A stretch of 64,000 nt of DNA from Thermodesulfobacteriota bacterium (lineage in GTDB: Bacteria; Desulfobacterota; Desulfuromonadia; Desulfuromonadales; Desulfuromonadaceae): positions 7,653 to 71,652 of the forward strand of contig JAYEOA010000052.1 of assembly GCA_034722515.1 (NCBI GenBank). The letters are read 5' to 3'. The number at the start of each line of letters is the position of its first letter. The first letter of the stretch is position 1. Positions 25,722 to 35,053 of this stretch are shown here, one piece after another. A model generated the notes under the pieces. It searched no databases, had not been told where the DNA came from, and was given only the letters and a program-made list of their open reading frames with translations. The translations under genes were made by a program, and so were the position numbers.

Positions 25722-26701
25722 TGGAGAGTACACAAATTCCACTACTGGTGATTGGTGGTCCAACGGGTTCGGGGAAAACCGATTTTGCCATGAAACTCGC
25801 TGAACATTATCCGATTGAGGTGCTCTCTGCCGATTCTCGACAAGTATATCGTCAAATGGATATTGGCACGGCCAAGGTAACATCTCAAGAGCAAGACCGT
25901 GTCAAACACCATCTGATCGATGTGGTTGACCCGGATGAAGATTTTAGTGTGGCTGATTTTACCCGCTTGGCACATGTAGCGGTGAGTGATATTGTGCGAC
26001 GAAATAAAATTCCTGTTGTTGTCGGCGGTACAGGGTTGTATGTCCGTGCCTTGACGCAGGGGCTACTTGATGGTCCCGCTGAAAATTCTGAATTGCGCTC
26101 GACATTGCTGAAGGATGAAAAACAGCAGGCGGGTATTCTTCATCGACGCTTGATGGATGTTGACTTTTTTTTGGCACAGACGTTACATCCAAAGGATCTC
26201 ACTCGCATTGTTCGCGGTTTGGAGGTCTATGTCGCAACGGGGGTTCCATTGTCGCAATTACAGCGCCAGCATGGTTTTAAGGAACAACCGTATCAATTGC
26301 TGAATTTTGCCGTTTCTGTGCCGCGACCGGTTCTTTATGAACGAATAAATCGCCGGGTCGAATTGATGATTGAGGCGGGGTTGCTTCAAGAAGTGCAACA
26401 ACTGCTTGCCAATGGTTATAGCCCTAATTTGAAATCGATGCGCACCATTGGTTATCGTCAATGTGTTGCTCATTTGCGTGATGGCTTATCGTTAGATGAT
26501 GTGATAAGCGGGATACAGCAGGATTCGCGACGCTATGCCAAGCGACAAATGACATGGCTAAGAAGGGATGATTCTATAATTTGGGTTGATTACAATAAAG
26601 AGTTTGGTAGTATTTTGGAATGGATTGATAAATTTTATGTAACTGCTCAGCACCTATCAAGTTGGGTGCTCATTACGCTGATTAGTTGCAATTTTATTTA
26701 A
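25718..26701 (+). CDS. miaA: tRNA dimethylallyltransferase
   Basis: GPTGSGKT, DSRQVYRQMDIGTAK, HHLID. ATGA overlap with the mutL stop. Confidence 0.93.
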   Translation: MMESTQIPLLVIGGPTGSGKTDFAMKLAEHYPIEVLSADSRQVYRQMDIGTAKVTSQEQDRVKHHLIDVVDPDEDFSVADFTRLAHVAVSDIVRRNKIPVVVGGTGLYVRALTQGLLDGPAENSELRSTLLKDEKQQAGILHRRLMDVDFFLAQTLHPKDLTRIVRGLEVYVATGVPLSQLQRQHGFKEQPYQLLNFAVSVPRPVLYERINRRVELMIEAGLLQEVQQLLANGYSPNLKSMRTIGYRQCVAHLRDGLSLDDVISGIQQDSRRYAKRQMTWLRRDDSIIWVDYNKEFGSILEWIDKFYVTAQHLSSWVLITLISCNFI

Positions 26702-26726
26702 ATGAAGAGTGAAGGAGTGATTAGTT

Positions 26727-26960
26727 ATGGCAAAAACACCATTTAATATTCAAGATCAATATCTTAATCAAGCACGTAAGGAACGGGTCAAAATTAACGT
26801 TGTTATGATGTCCGGTGAGCAGCTTCAGGGCTACATTAAGTCGTTTGATAACTTTTGTGTTTTGATCGAAAGTGGTAGTGATTTTTTATTGTATAAACAT
26901 GCTATTTCAACCATAACATCTGCTGATGGTACGTTTAAGCTGCATGGTGGACGTGATTAG
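26727..26960 (+). CDS. hfq: RNA chaperone Hfq
   Basis: QDQYLNQARKERVKINVVMMSGEQLQGYIKSFDNFCVLIE...LYKHAIS covers the Sm1/Sm2 motifs. Confidence 0.95.
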   Translation: MAKTPFNIQDQYLNQARKERVKINVVMMSGEQLQGYIKSFDNFCVLIESGSDFLLYKHAISTITSADGTFKLHGGRD

Positions 26961-26998
26961 CGATCTTTTTGCGAGATTACCTTTTTAGGTCAAAATAT

Positions 26999-28291
26999 AT
27001 GCTCGAAATTGAATCAGTTCTACCCGGGAGTATTGCCGAAGAACTTGATATTGAAGGTGGAGACTATTTGCTGTCTATTAATAGTGCGCCGATTTCAGAT
27101 CAAATCGATTATCAATTGTGCTCACAGGGTGAATCGTTTCTTATTGAGGTGAAGAGAAAAAATGGTGAATTGTGGGAACTTGATTTTGAGCGCGACGAGG
27201 ATGATCCCTTAGGTCTTGAATTTGAATATCCTCAGCCGCGCCAGTGCTCAAATAATTGTCAATTCTGTTTTGTCCGTCAATTGCCTACCGGGTTGCGTAA
27301 GAGTCTTTATGTTCGTGACGATGACTATCGTTTTTCCTATCTTTATGGTGCTTATATAAGTTTGACTAATCTTTCAGAGCAGGATATAGAGCGGATACTT
27401 GAGCTGAAATTGTCCCCATTATATGTGTCGGTTCATGCGACAGATGTCGAAAAACGCAGTGAGTTGCTCGGACGTTCACTTCCCCCGGTGTTGCCGATAT
27501 TGAAGCGATTGATCGCCGGTGGGGTTCAGCTCCATACCCAGATTGTGTTATGCCCACAGCGTAACGATGAAGAGTGTCTGCGGCAAAGTGTTTATGATTT
27601 GGCACAGTTATACCCGGGAGTGATATCGTTGGCTGTGGTGCCCGTCGGCCTAACCGGGCATCGGCACAACCTTCCGCAGCTACGTGTCTTTAGCGCCGAT
27701 GAAGCTAGGGCTGTGATTGCGCAGATTCATGGTTTTCAAAGCAATTGTCTGCTAAAATATAGAACGCACTTTGTTTTTGCTGCGGATGAACTGTATTTGC
27801 AGGCTGATATTGAATTTCCGGCGTTGGAGAGTTATGAAGGTCTGGCGTTGCTGGAAAATGGTGTCGGATTGGTGCCATTATTTCGCTGCGATAGCGATGA
27901 AGTGCTACAGGAGGCTGGCGATTATACCGGTGTGGCAGCAACATTGATAACCGGGGTTTCGTCCAGTGTAGAAATAACCCGATTTGTTGAGCGGTTTAAC
28001 CGGCAAACCGGTGCGCAGTTGCGGGTGCAGGTGATCCATAACCATTTTTTTGGTGGTGACGTGACCGTAACCGGGCTGTTGGCTGGGTGTGATATTGTGA
28101 CACAACTGCTTGATGTTGATCTTGCCCCGGTGCTTATTGTTCCCGATGTTGTGTGTCGTGAGGGCGATGAAGTGTTGCTGGATGATATGAGCCTCGAACA
28201 GATTGCCGATAGTTTGAATGTAGAGGTGGCGAAAGTTCCTGCGACAGCGTGGGGGATTTTGGAATTTGTCGAATGTATGGCGATGATGTGA
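26999..28291 (+). CDS. PDZ - radical SAM - DUF512 protein
   Basis: N-terminal PDZ-like segment, CSNNCQFC (CxxxCxxC) radical SAM cluster motif, and a long DUF512-like C-terminus. Confidence 0.75.
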   Translation: MLEIESVLPGSIAEELDIEGGDYLLSINSAPISDQIDYQLCSQGESFLIEVKRKNGELWELDFERDEDDPLGLEFEYPQPRQCSNNCQFCFVRQLPTGLRKSLYVRDDDYRFSYLYGAYISLTNLSEQDIERILELKLSPLYVSVHATDVEKRSELLGRSLPPVLPILKRLIAGGVQLHTQIVLCPQRNDEECLRQSVYDLAQLYPGVISLAVVPVGLTGHRHNLPQLRVFSADEARAVIAQIHGFQSNCLLKYRTHFVFAADELYLQADIEFPALESYEGLALLENGVGLVPLFRCDSDEVLQEAGDYTGVAATLITGVSSSVEITRFVERFNRQTGAQLRVQVIHNHFFGGDVTVTGLLAGCDIVTQLLDVDLAPVLIVPDVVCREGDEVLLDDMSLEQIADSLNVEVAKVPATAWGILEFVECMAMM

Positions 28292-28357
28292 AAAAGGTAG
28301 TAATTGCTCAACGTGCCCAACCTGAAGAGGTGCTGAGCGACACCAAAAGGGACAATA

Positions 28358-29140
28358 ATGGAATCTGCGCAACAAGTGATCGAACAAGCGATATCTTCTT
28401 TGGATCGAGGTGAGTATTCTCAGGTGGTTCAACAGTTGAGTCCGGCGTATCAACGTTACTCGGATAACGATGAAATTCTGGTTCTTCTGGCGGAGGCTTT
28501 GACTGGATCCAACCGCTCAAAACAGGCTCTAGAGTTGTTGTCACGACGCGGGGAAGATTCTCAGGTCTCTGCCGATGTTTTGTTTGCTTTGGGGGATGAA
28601 TATTTTGCCGGGAATAACCAACCGCAGGCGCTGATTTGTTATCGGCGCTTACTGGAGTTCCCTGAGGCGTGTGCTGAAGCGTGGGTTCGTATAGGGCTGA
28701 TATCGTTGGCAGAGGATGATATTTCGCAGGCGAAGAGTTGCTTCCAGAAGGCGCTGGGTGTTGATCCTGAGACCCTTAGTGCGATGAACTCGTTAGGAGA
28801 CCTATGTCTTGATGAGGAAGATTTTTCTGAGGCGCAAAACTGGTATAAACGTGCTCTGGAAATTGATGCGGAAGATTCTGAGGCATGGAGCAACTTGGCT
28901 GAGCTTTATTACGCCGAAGGCGATGTTGATAATGCACAAAAATGTGCCCGGCAAGCGCTCAAGTTTGATCAGCAGTTTGCTCCCGCTTGGTTAATGTTAG
29001 GCTATGTTGCCCTTGACAGTGATGATGAAGATCAGGCTCGGCGCTGTTTAAAGCAATTTTTGAGTTTGGAATATAGCGCAGCCGCAACGGATATCATTGT
29101 TGAGGTGAAGGCGGTGTTGAGCGCATTGAAAGGTTCTTAG
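28358..29140 (+). CDS. TPR-repeat protein
   Basis: Serial 34-aa repeats with the W/A-x-LG-x-Y pattern (AWVRIGLISL, AWSNLAELYY, AWLMLGYVAL). Confidence 0.7.
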   Translation: MESAQQVIEQAISSLDRGEYSQVVQQLSPAYQRYSDNDEILVLLAEALTGSNRSKQALELLSRRGEDSQVSADVLFALGDEYFAGNNQPQALICYRRLLEFPEACAEAWVRIGLISLAEDDISQAKSCFQKALGVDPETLSAMNSLGDLCLDEEDFSEAQNWYKRALEIDAEDSEAWSNLAELYYAEGDVDNAQKCARQALKFDQQFAPAWLMLGYVALDSDDEDQARRCLKQFLSLEYSAAATDIIVEVKAVLSALKGS

Positions 29141-29144
29141 CCCC

Positions 29145-29468
29145 ATGACATCCGGTGAAGCTAGTTTTGCAGACTGGGAAGCATTGTGTCAGCGATGTGG
29201 TCAATGTTGTTACGAAAAAGTGGACTATCGCGGCAAAATTTATATCACTAATATCCCCTGTGAGTACCTTGATCCGGTGAAAAAACAGTGTTTGGTCTAT
29301 CGCGAGCGCTGTTTGCGCAAGGAGGGTTGCGTCGTTTTGACACCTGAAATTGTTGCTATGGGGGTGTTGCCAATGGGCTGTGCCTATGTACGCCACGTTA
29401 AGAACTATTCTGCCCCATTAGATTGGGAAGACTTCCCTGTAAGTGTTCGTGGTTCGTTAGGGCAATGA
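29145..29468 (+). CDS. YkgJ/UPF0153-like Cys-rich zinc/iron-chelating protein
   Basis: CQRCGQCC followed by C.YL......C.VYRERC, the pattern of the CxxCxxCC family. Confidence 0.55.
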   Translation: MTSGEASFADWEALCQRCGQCCYEKVDYRGKIYITNIPCEYLDPVKKQCLVYRERCLRKEGCVVLTPEIVAMGVLPMGCAYVRHVKNYSAPLDWEDFPVSVRGSLGQ

Positions 29469-29572
29469 ATTATTTTCACCGTTTATGTTCCTTTTGTTGC
29501 TATTTTATTAGCGGTTTGGCATAATTATTTTCTTCCTTTGTTTATTGTTTTGAGCAGTGAAAGAGAGAGCCT

Positions 29573-31945
29573 ATGTCAAACAGGGTACGTAGATATCTGG
29601 GTCTGTTTATTCTGGGGCTTTTCCTCGTCTGTGTAGTGTTGGTTGTTTTGGCTAACGTGCTGGTCACGCCCGAACGTATACGCAATACGTTTGTTCCTGT
29701 TGTTGAAAAATATCTTGAATGTAAAGTGAATCTTGAACGTGTTGATATCAGCCTGTTTACCAGCGCTACTCTAACCCGTTTAGAACTATTAAATCGCGAC
29801 GACCACAGCTTATTATTGGCTGCAGATAAGGTTGTCTTGCGCTATCAATTATGGCCTTTGTTGACCCGGAGGATCGTTATTGATGAGATTCGGCTGGAAC
29901 ATCCTCGTGTTAATGTCGAGCGTTATAGCGATGGTAGTTTCAATTTACAGAATCTGTTTGAGCAAAAAAGTGGTATGGCAACAGATCCTGTCTCTTCAGC
30001 CACGGCACAGAAAAATGATGTAAACATATTGATCTCCAAACTGTATATCAATCGTGGAGAGTTGTTGTTTAAGGATTATAAATTTAATACGGTACCCCAT
30101 CGTTATAAATTGACCGATTTTGATCTTTATTTGACCGATTTTTCATTTCAAAACGATTTCTCTTTCAAATTGTGGGGTAAGGTGAACAGCGCTCCTATCG
30201 ATGCTGAAGGAAGCATCAACATCAAGCATGAGCGTTATGATCTGGATCTGGTTGTAGAACAGATGGATATGGCTCAATTTCAACCATATTATCGTACGGT
30301 ATTAAACGGTTGTTTAGATCGATTAAAGTTTGGCATTGATGGTCATTTCTGGGGAACGTTCGCAAAGCCTAACTCTGTTGGTGTAATCCAGTTGCATCAT
30401 CTCGATCTGACGTCAAAGTATTTTTCTCGCTATCCCCTGCGGGCTGATGAGATTCTTATTGACTACAACATAGCTTTTGATCACCGGCGTGGCGATGTTG
30501 ATATTAAGGATTTTCAGATCAATTACGATGGTGTTAAGGTTAAGCTTGATGGTCATGTTTGCCGTAATAAATCTAATTCAGATATCGATGTGCACGTTTT
30601 TTTGCCTAATTGGTCATTGCGTACCGTCCTTGCCGAATTACCGCCCGCGTTGGTTCGTCCGGTTTCCGGATATGACCTAGCTGGAAGCGTAGATATTCAA
30701 ATGGTGCTGCGTGGCAACACCGGCGAGGTTAAGCAGCTAATCCGGGAGGCAACAATCTCTCTTGATGCTGTTCAAGGCAGTGTTGGTGAACTTCGTCCTT
30801 CGGTGACAGGAGTTATTGCCATAAACGGCAAAGCACTTACTTGCGACGGGTTGAACATTGTAATAGGTGACAATACGCTACAACTAGAACTCTCTAGTGC
30901 CAATCTGTGGGCAAAGCGTCCCATGATACAAGCTGGGCTACGGGCAAAACAGTTTGATTCCAGCTTACTTTCGAGTCGAATACAGCTCAGGCAAGATGAC
31001 GCTCCCCATGGTGGTTTGCTGTCGGTAGATTCTACATTTCGTGAGGCTATCGAACCAGGTCCAGTTGATTTGCCGATCGATATTCGCGGTGATATTATTA
31101 TTGATCATGCAAGCTTTCAGCAGTTTGATGTTGCTGGGTTGCGCACCAATTTTGAAATTCGTAATAACCTTTTAGAGTATGACCACTTAACTGCGCAGAT
31201 AGCTAATGGTGTTGTTGATGCGAGTGGGCTTGTTGATTTAAGCCGTCAAGGATTCGCATACGCCGGACGTGTTGCGGCTCGCAATATTAATCTCGAACTG
31301 CTTGTGCAACAGCTAGATACCGATTATGTTAAAACGCTTTCGGGAATGATGAATGCGACGGTTGATTATAGCGGTGCCGGGACGCAAAAATTGCGCATTC
31401 AACAAAATTTATCCGCTACCGGTATGTTTACTATTGATCATGGCAAAATGGCCGGAACAGCCTTGATAAAGCAACTTGCGGCGGTGTTGCAAACATCTGA
31501 ATTCGATGTATTCCGTTTTGATCAGGCAAAGGGACGGTTTTCATTGGAAACAGGTGGACACCTGGATTACACTGCTGAGTTTGTCGGCAGTCGCTCCAGA
31601 CTCTATCCGGTTGGTTATTGGTTGTTTGATGGCTCTTTATTGGCTGATCTTGATGTTTATTTATCCCCGGAGGTGGTTGCCAGGCTTGAAGGCAAATCAA
31701 CAGTGATTTCATATTTGCAGAATGAGCAAGGTTGGGGACTTTTGCCCCTTAAGGTCGCGGGAACAATAGATTCTCCTGCAATTACTATTAATTTTACCAA
31801 GGTGGGGCAAACGGCGGTTGGTCATGGCGGCGAAAAGCTCAAAGAGAGATTGAAGGAAAAACTTGGTGATGAGGCTGGAACAGTTTTATCCAATTCCGGA
31901 GTTGAATTGATAGAATCTGCTATTCAGGGATTGTTGGGTCAGTAG
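29573..31945 (+). CDS. AsmA-family outer-membrane biogenesis protein (large, N-terminally anchored)
   Basis: Single N-terminal TM helix, then a ~750-aa beta-rich sequence of AsmA/DUF748 character. Called from overall architecture only. Confidence 0.55.
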   Translation: MSNRVRRYLGLFILGLFLVCVVLVVLANVLVTPERIRNTFVPVVEKYLECKVNLERVDISLFTSATLTRLELLNRDDHSLLLAADKVVLRYQLWPLLTRRIVIDEIRLEHPRVNVERYSDGSFNLQNLFEQKSGMATDPVSSATAQKNDVNILISKLYINRGELLFKDYKFNTVPHRYKLTDFDLYLTDFSFQNDFSFKLWGKVNSAPIDAEGSINIKHERYDLDLVVEQMDMAQFQPYYRTVLNGCLDRLKFGIDGHFWGTFAKPNSVGVIQLHHLDLTSKYFSRYPLRADEILIDYNIAFDHRRGDVDIKDFQINYDGVKVKLDGHVCRNKSNSDIDVHVFLPNWSLRTVLAELPPALVRPVSGYDLAGSVDIQMVLRGNTGEVKQLIREATISLDAVQGSVGELRPSVTGVIAINGKALTCDGLNIVIGDNTLQLELSSANLWAKRPMIQAGLRAKQFDSSLLSSRIQLRQDDAPHGGLLSVDSTFREAIEPGPVDLPIDIRGDIIIDHASFQQFDVAGLRTNFEIRNNLLEYDHLTAQIANGVVDASGLVDLSRQGFAYAGRVAARNINLELLVQQLDTDYVKTLSGMMNATVDYSGAGTQKLRIQQNLSATGMFTIDHGKMAGTALIKQLAAVLQTSEFDVFRFDQAKGRFSLETGGHLDYTAEFVGSRSRLYPVGYWLFDGSLLADLDVYLSPEVVARLEGKSTVISYLQNEQGWGLLPLKVAGTIDSPAITINFTKVGQTAVGHGGEKLKERLKEKLGDEAGTVLSNSGVELIESAIQGLLGQ

Positions 31946-31980
31946 TGTTTGAAGATGCTATTATATAGGATTGGTGTGTT

Positions 31981-32316
31981 ATGCCTGATAAACGGAGAAA
32001 AGTGCGAATTCGCAGGCGGGTAAGGACAATGTATGGTTCCGAGATCCCTTCAAAGGTTGGGTTTACTTCCGATATTTCCGAGTCGGGAATTTGTATCAAA
32101 TCTTTTATGGTCTATAACCCCGGCGATATCTTATTGATTGAAATTGAAACATCTGATGGTCAATTTATTCGCTTTGAGGGGCGGGTTCATTGGTCGCGAC
32201 GGGTTCCGCCAAACCTGTTACGCAAGGTTAAGCATGCTGGCATGGGGGTGAAAATTGTTAATTTTATCAATGGTCAGGATCTATATTTAAATATGTGTCG
32301 AGAAAGACAGAAGTAA
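31981..32316 (+). CDS. PilZ domain protein
   Basis: RRKVRIRRR (RxxxR) near the N-terminus and DISESGI (D/NxSxxG), the two PilZ c-di-GMP binding motifs. Confidence 0.75.
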   Translation: MPDKRRKVRIRRRVRTMYGSEIPSKVGFTSDISESGICIKSFMVYNPGDILLIEIETSDGQFIRFEGRVHWSRRVPPNLLRKVKHAGMGVKIVNFINGQDLYLNMCRERQK

Positions 32317-32377
32317 GCAGTTATTGTAGATTTAACGTAAGTTGTATTTCTTCCCTCCTTGATTGTAGTTCCTACTT

Positions 32378-33115
32378 ATGTCAGCTTTTAAAGAACGTTT
32401 GGATAAATTATTGGTTGCTCGCGGTTTTTGTGCGTCACGTGAGCGGGCGCAGGCGATGATTATGGCGGGGAAAGTGCTTGTTGCAGAGCGTGTTATTGAT
32501 AAATCGGGCACTAAAATAGATTATGAGTCCGAAATCCGTTTGCGCGGTGAGGATATCCCTTATGTTTCACGCGGTGGTGTTAAGTTGGCGGGCGGGTTAA
32601 AGGATTTTTCCCTCAGCGTTGTTGGACGAGTGGCCATTGATGTGGGAGCTTCGACAGGTGGGTTTACCGATTGTTTACTCCAGCAGGGGGTGAAAAAGGT
32701 CTATGCGGTTGATGTTGGTTATGGCCAGCTTGCTTGGAAATTGCGCGAGGATAAACGGGTTGTTAATCTTGAGCGCATAAATATTCGTGCGTTAACCGTT
32801 GATCAATTGCCCGAACGCCCTGATCTCGCTGTGATTGATGCTTCATTTATTTCGTTGGAGAAGGTCTTGCCGCCAACCCTGTCTTTGCTGCAAGAAACTG
32901 CCGACATTGTCGCCTTGATTAAACCGCAGTTTGAAGTGGGTAAGGGGAAGGTTGGTAAAGGTGGGGTTGTTCGTGATCCCGATCTTCATGCAGAGGTGAT
33001 TGAAAAAATAAAAATTATTGCAATTGAGTTGGGTTGTCTGGTGCAGGCTGTAACCGCTAGTCCAGTTTTGGGGCCGAAAGGTAATCGGGAATTTCTCATC
33101 CACCTTTCTCGCTAG
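32378..33115 (+). CDS. tlyA: TlyA family rRNA 2'-O-methyltransferase
   Basis: S4-like N-terminus (RLDKLLVARGF..SRERA), VSRGG.KL, SAM motif DVGASTGGFTDCLLQ. Confidence 0.9.
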   Translation: MSAFKERLDKLLVARGFCASRERAQAMIMAGKVLVAERVIDKSGTKIDYESEIRLRGEDIPYVSRGGVKLAGGLKDFSLSVVGRVAIDVGASTGGFTDCLLQQGVKKVYAVDVGYGQLAWKLREDKRVVNLERINIRALTVDQLPERPDLAVIDASFISLEKVLPPTLSLLQETADIVALIKPQFEVGKGKVGKGGVVRDPDLHAEVIEKIKIIAIELGCLVQAVTASPVLGPKGNREFLIHLSR

Positions 33116-33152
33116 TAGGCTGTTAAATTATAGGGATTACGTGCCTAATACG
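33113..33152 (+). other. Hairpin that embeds the tlyA stop codon; conserved loop shared with 36080-36121
   Basis: Stem TAGTAGGC (33113-33120, containing TAG stop 33113-33115) / GCCTAATA (33143-33150). The loop carries TGTTAA...GGGATTACGTG. Confidence 0.4.
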
Positions 33153-33190
33153 TTGAATAGCAACTATAAATAAGAAGGAGGGCGAGAGCA

Positions 33191-33550
33191 ATGGTGAAAA
33201 ACTTGGCGAATGACTGTCTTTTTTGTAAAATCGCCAGTGGCGAGATCCTCGCTGATAAGGTGTATGAGGACGATCAGGTGGTGGTGTTTAAGGATATTGA
33301 TCCACAGGCTCCGGTGCATCTGTTGATTATCCCACGCAAACATATTGCCAGCATCAATGATATGGTTTCTGAAGATAGCGCTTTGATCGGGCATATACAT
33401 TTGATTGCCGTTCACATAGCCAAGAAATTCCAGATTGGAGAAACTGGGTTTCGTCTGGTCAATAATTGTAATGATGATGGCGGTCAGGTTGTAGATCATC
33501 TCCATTACCATCTGTTGGGTGGTCGAAAAATGGACTGGCCTCCGGGTTAG
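33191..33550 (+). CDS. HIT family (histidine triad) protein
   Basis: CLFCKI, and HLHYHLLGG (HxHxHxx). Confidence 0.9.
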   Translation: MVKNLANDCLFCKIASGEILADKVYEDDQVVVFKDIDPQAPVHLLIIPRKHIASINDMVSEDSALIGHIHLIAVHIAKKFQIGETGFRLVNNCNDDGGQVVDHLHYHLLGGRKMDWPPG

Positions 33551-33604
33551 CGTGGATTATATTCGAGATTCTGGTCGTTTTTCTGTGTGTTAAGGAACTG
33601 AATA

Positions 33605-35053
33605 ATGACAGCTGAAAAATATGAAGGCGAAATGCAGAAATTGATGATCGAGATCTCCGAGCTTTTGGTCACTTACCATGGTGGTGGTCTTTCGGATGAG
33701 GCTCTGGAGCATGGCATCATTAAGCTAAATGCTGCATTTAAGTTGGCTAAATCCTCCCATGCGACACAGGTACGAAAATCGGGCGAACCTTATCTGTTTC
33801 ATCCGTTGCGTGTTTCTCATCTGGCGGCGAGACACTGGATGGGGTTTTCATCGATCATTGCTGCTTTGCTGCACGATGTTGTTGAAGATACTCCGGTGAC
33901 CATTGAAGAGGTGGAGGAAGAGTTTGGTGTCGAGGTTGCCCTGTTGGTCAAAGGATTGACCAAAGTTGAGAATGCCGAACTTAGCCGCAACGTGTTGAAA
34001 GAGGAGACCTATCGTAATCAGATTCTGATGGCTATCAAGGATATCAGGGTGTTGTGTTTAAAATTGTGGGATAGAATCGACAATTTGCGCACCATTGATG
34101 CTCTTAAGCCAAAAAAACAGGCATTAATTGCCGAAGAAACCCGCAAGATTTATATCCCATTAGCACGTCATCTTGGTATGGGGCAGGTGGCAGATGAATT
34201 AGAAGCACTTGCTCTGGCGGTTCTTTATCCACGCCGGGCATCCCGTTATCGGCGAGTATTAGCCGGCATAAGCAAACGCTCGGAACCTGTTTTAAAGCAG
34301 ATTCGCTCAGAGATTGTGACCGAGTGCAAGCGTCGCCATCTTAACGTGGTGTTGAATGATACCTGGCGTTCTTTTTCCCTAAAAGGGACACAGCGAATTA
34401 CCCGTGGAGTCAGTGCGCTGTACACCCTCGATCTTCTTGTCGATTCTACTATGGATGCTTATATGATGTTGGGGCGGTTGCACCATTTGTACCGACCTAT
34501 TACCGGCAAACTTCGGGATCATTTGAACGAACCATCTCCATACGGTTATCAGGCGATCAAGACGACGATTCAAGCCGGTGAATATCGACTACGAATTAGA
34601 ATTACTACCCGTAAATTGGATCGATTCAATCAGGCGGGAGTGTTGGCACCGGGATTTGAGTTTCGCAAACAAAATTTCGACGATTTAATGCGCAGTCTGC
34701 TAGATGGCGAATCGGTTTTTGATACTGATCGATTGCGATTGGCGTCGGCGACGATTCATGTTTATACCCCTACCGGTGACACACATATGTTGCCAGAGGG
34801 CAGCAGCGCATTGGATTTTGCCTTTGAAATTCATGAAGAATTGGGATTGCACGCTTTTCGGGCACGAATCAATGGTCAGACGCGTTTACTCAAGTCAACG
34901 CTCATGGATGGTGATCAGGTAAAAATTGAGACTAGTGATAAATTGTCGGTGCTGCCCAAATGGTTGGATTGGGCGATTACTCCAAAGGCGCGTAATAGCA
35001 TCCGCCGCCGATTACGCACGATTGTCAGGGAAAATCAAAAAAATGGATCGTAG
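33605..35053 (+). CDS. Truncated RelA/SpoT homologue: intact HD hydrolase domain, degenerate synthetase-like region, TGS domain, no ACT
   Basis: QVRKSGEPYLFHPLRV, LLHDVVEDT, DRIDNLRT (hydrolase). YGYQAIKTT / RIRITT stand in place of YQSLHT / EVQIRT. TGS region VYTPTGDTHMLPEGSSALDFAFEIH. Confidence 0.8.
   Translation: MTAEKYEGEMQKLMIEISELLVTYHGGGLSDEALEHGIIKLNAAFKLAKSSHATQVRKSGEPYLFHPLRVSHLAARHWMGFSSIIAALLHDVVEDTPVTIEEVEEEFGVEVALLVKGLTKVENAELSRNVLKEETYRNQILMAIKDIRVLCLKLWDRIDNLRTIDALKPKKQALIAEETRKIYIPLARHLGMGQVADELEALALAVLYPRRASRYRRVLAGISKRSEPVLKQIRSEIVTECKRRHLNVVLNDTWRSFSLKGTQRITRGVSALYTLDLLVDSTMDAYMMLGRLHHLYRPITGKLRDHLNEPSPYGYQAIKTTIQAGEYRLRIRITTRKLDRFNQAGVLAPGFEFRKQNFDDLMRSLLDGESVFDTDRLRLASATIHVYTPTGDTHMLPEGSSALDFAFEIHEELGLHAFRARINGQTRLLKSTLMDGDQVKIETSDKLSVLPKWLDWAITPKARNSIRRRLRTIVRENQKNGS

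Noticed and set aside
27905-28453. Long antisense or out-of-frame ORFs in the track, for example 27905-28453(-), 10290-10838(-), 17413-17895(-), 39887-40363(-), 42381-42833(-), 807-1151(-) and 3575-3889(-).
   Set aside because: Each lies entirely within, or antisense to, a confidently identified conserved gene. Their translations are low-complexity or Arg/Ser/His/Pro-rich, typical of non-coding frames.
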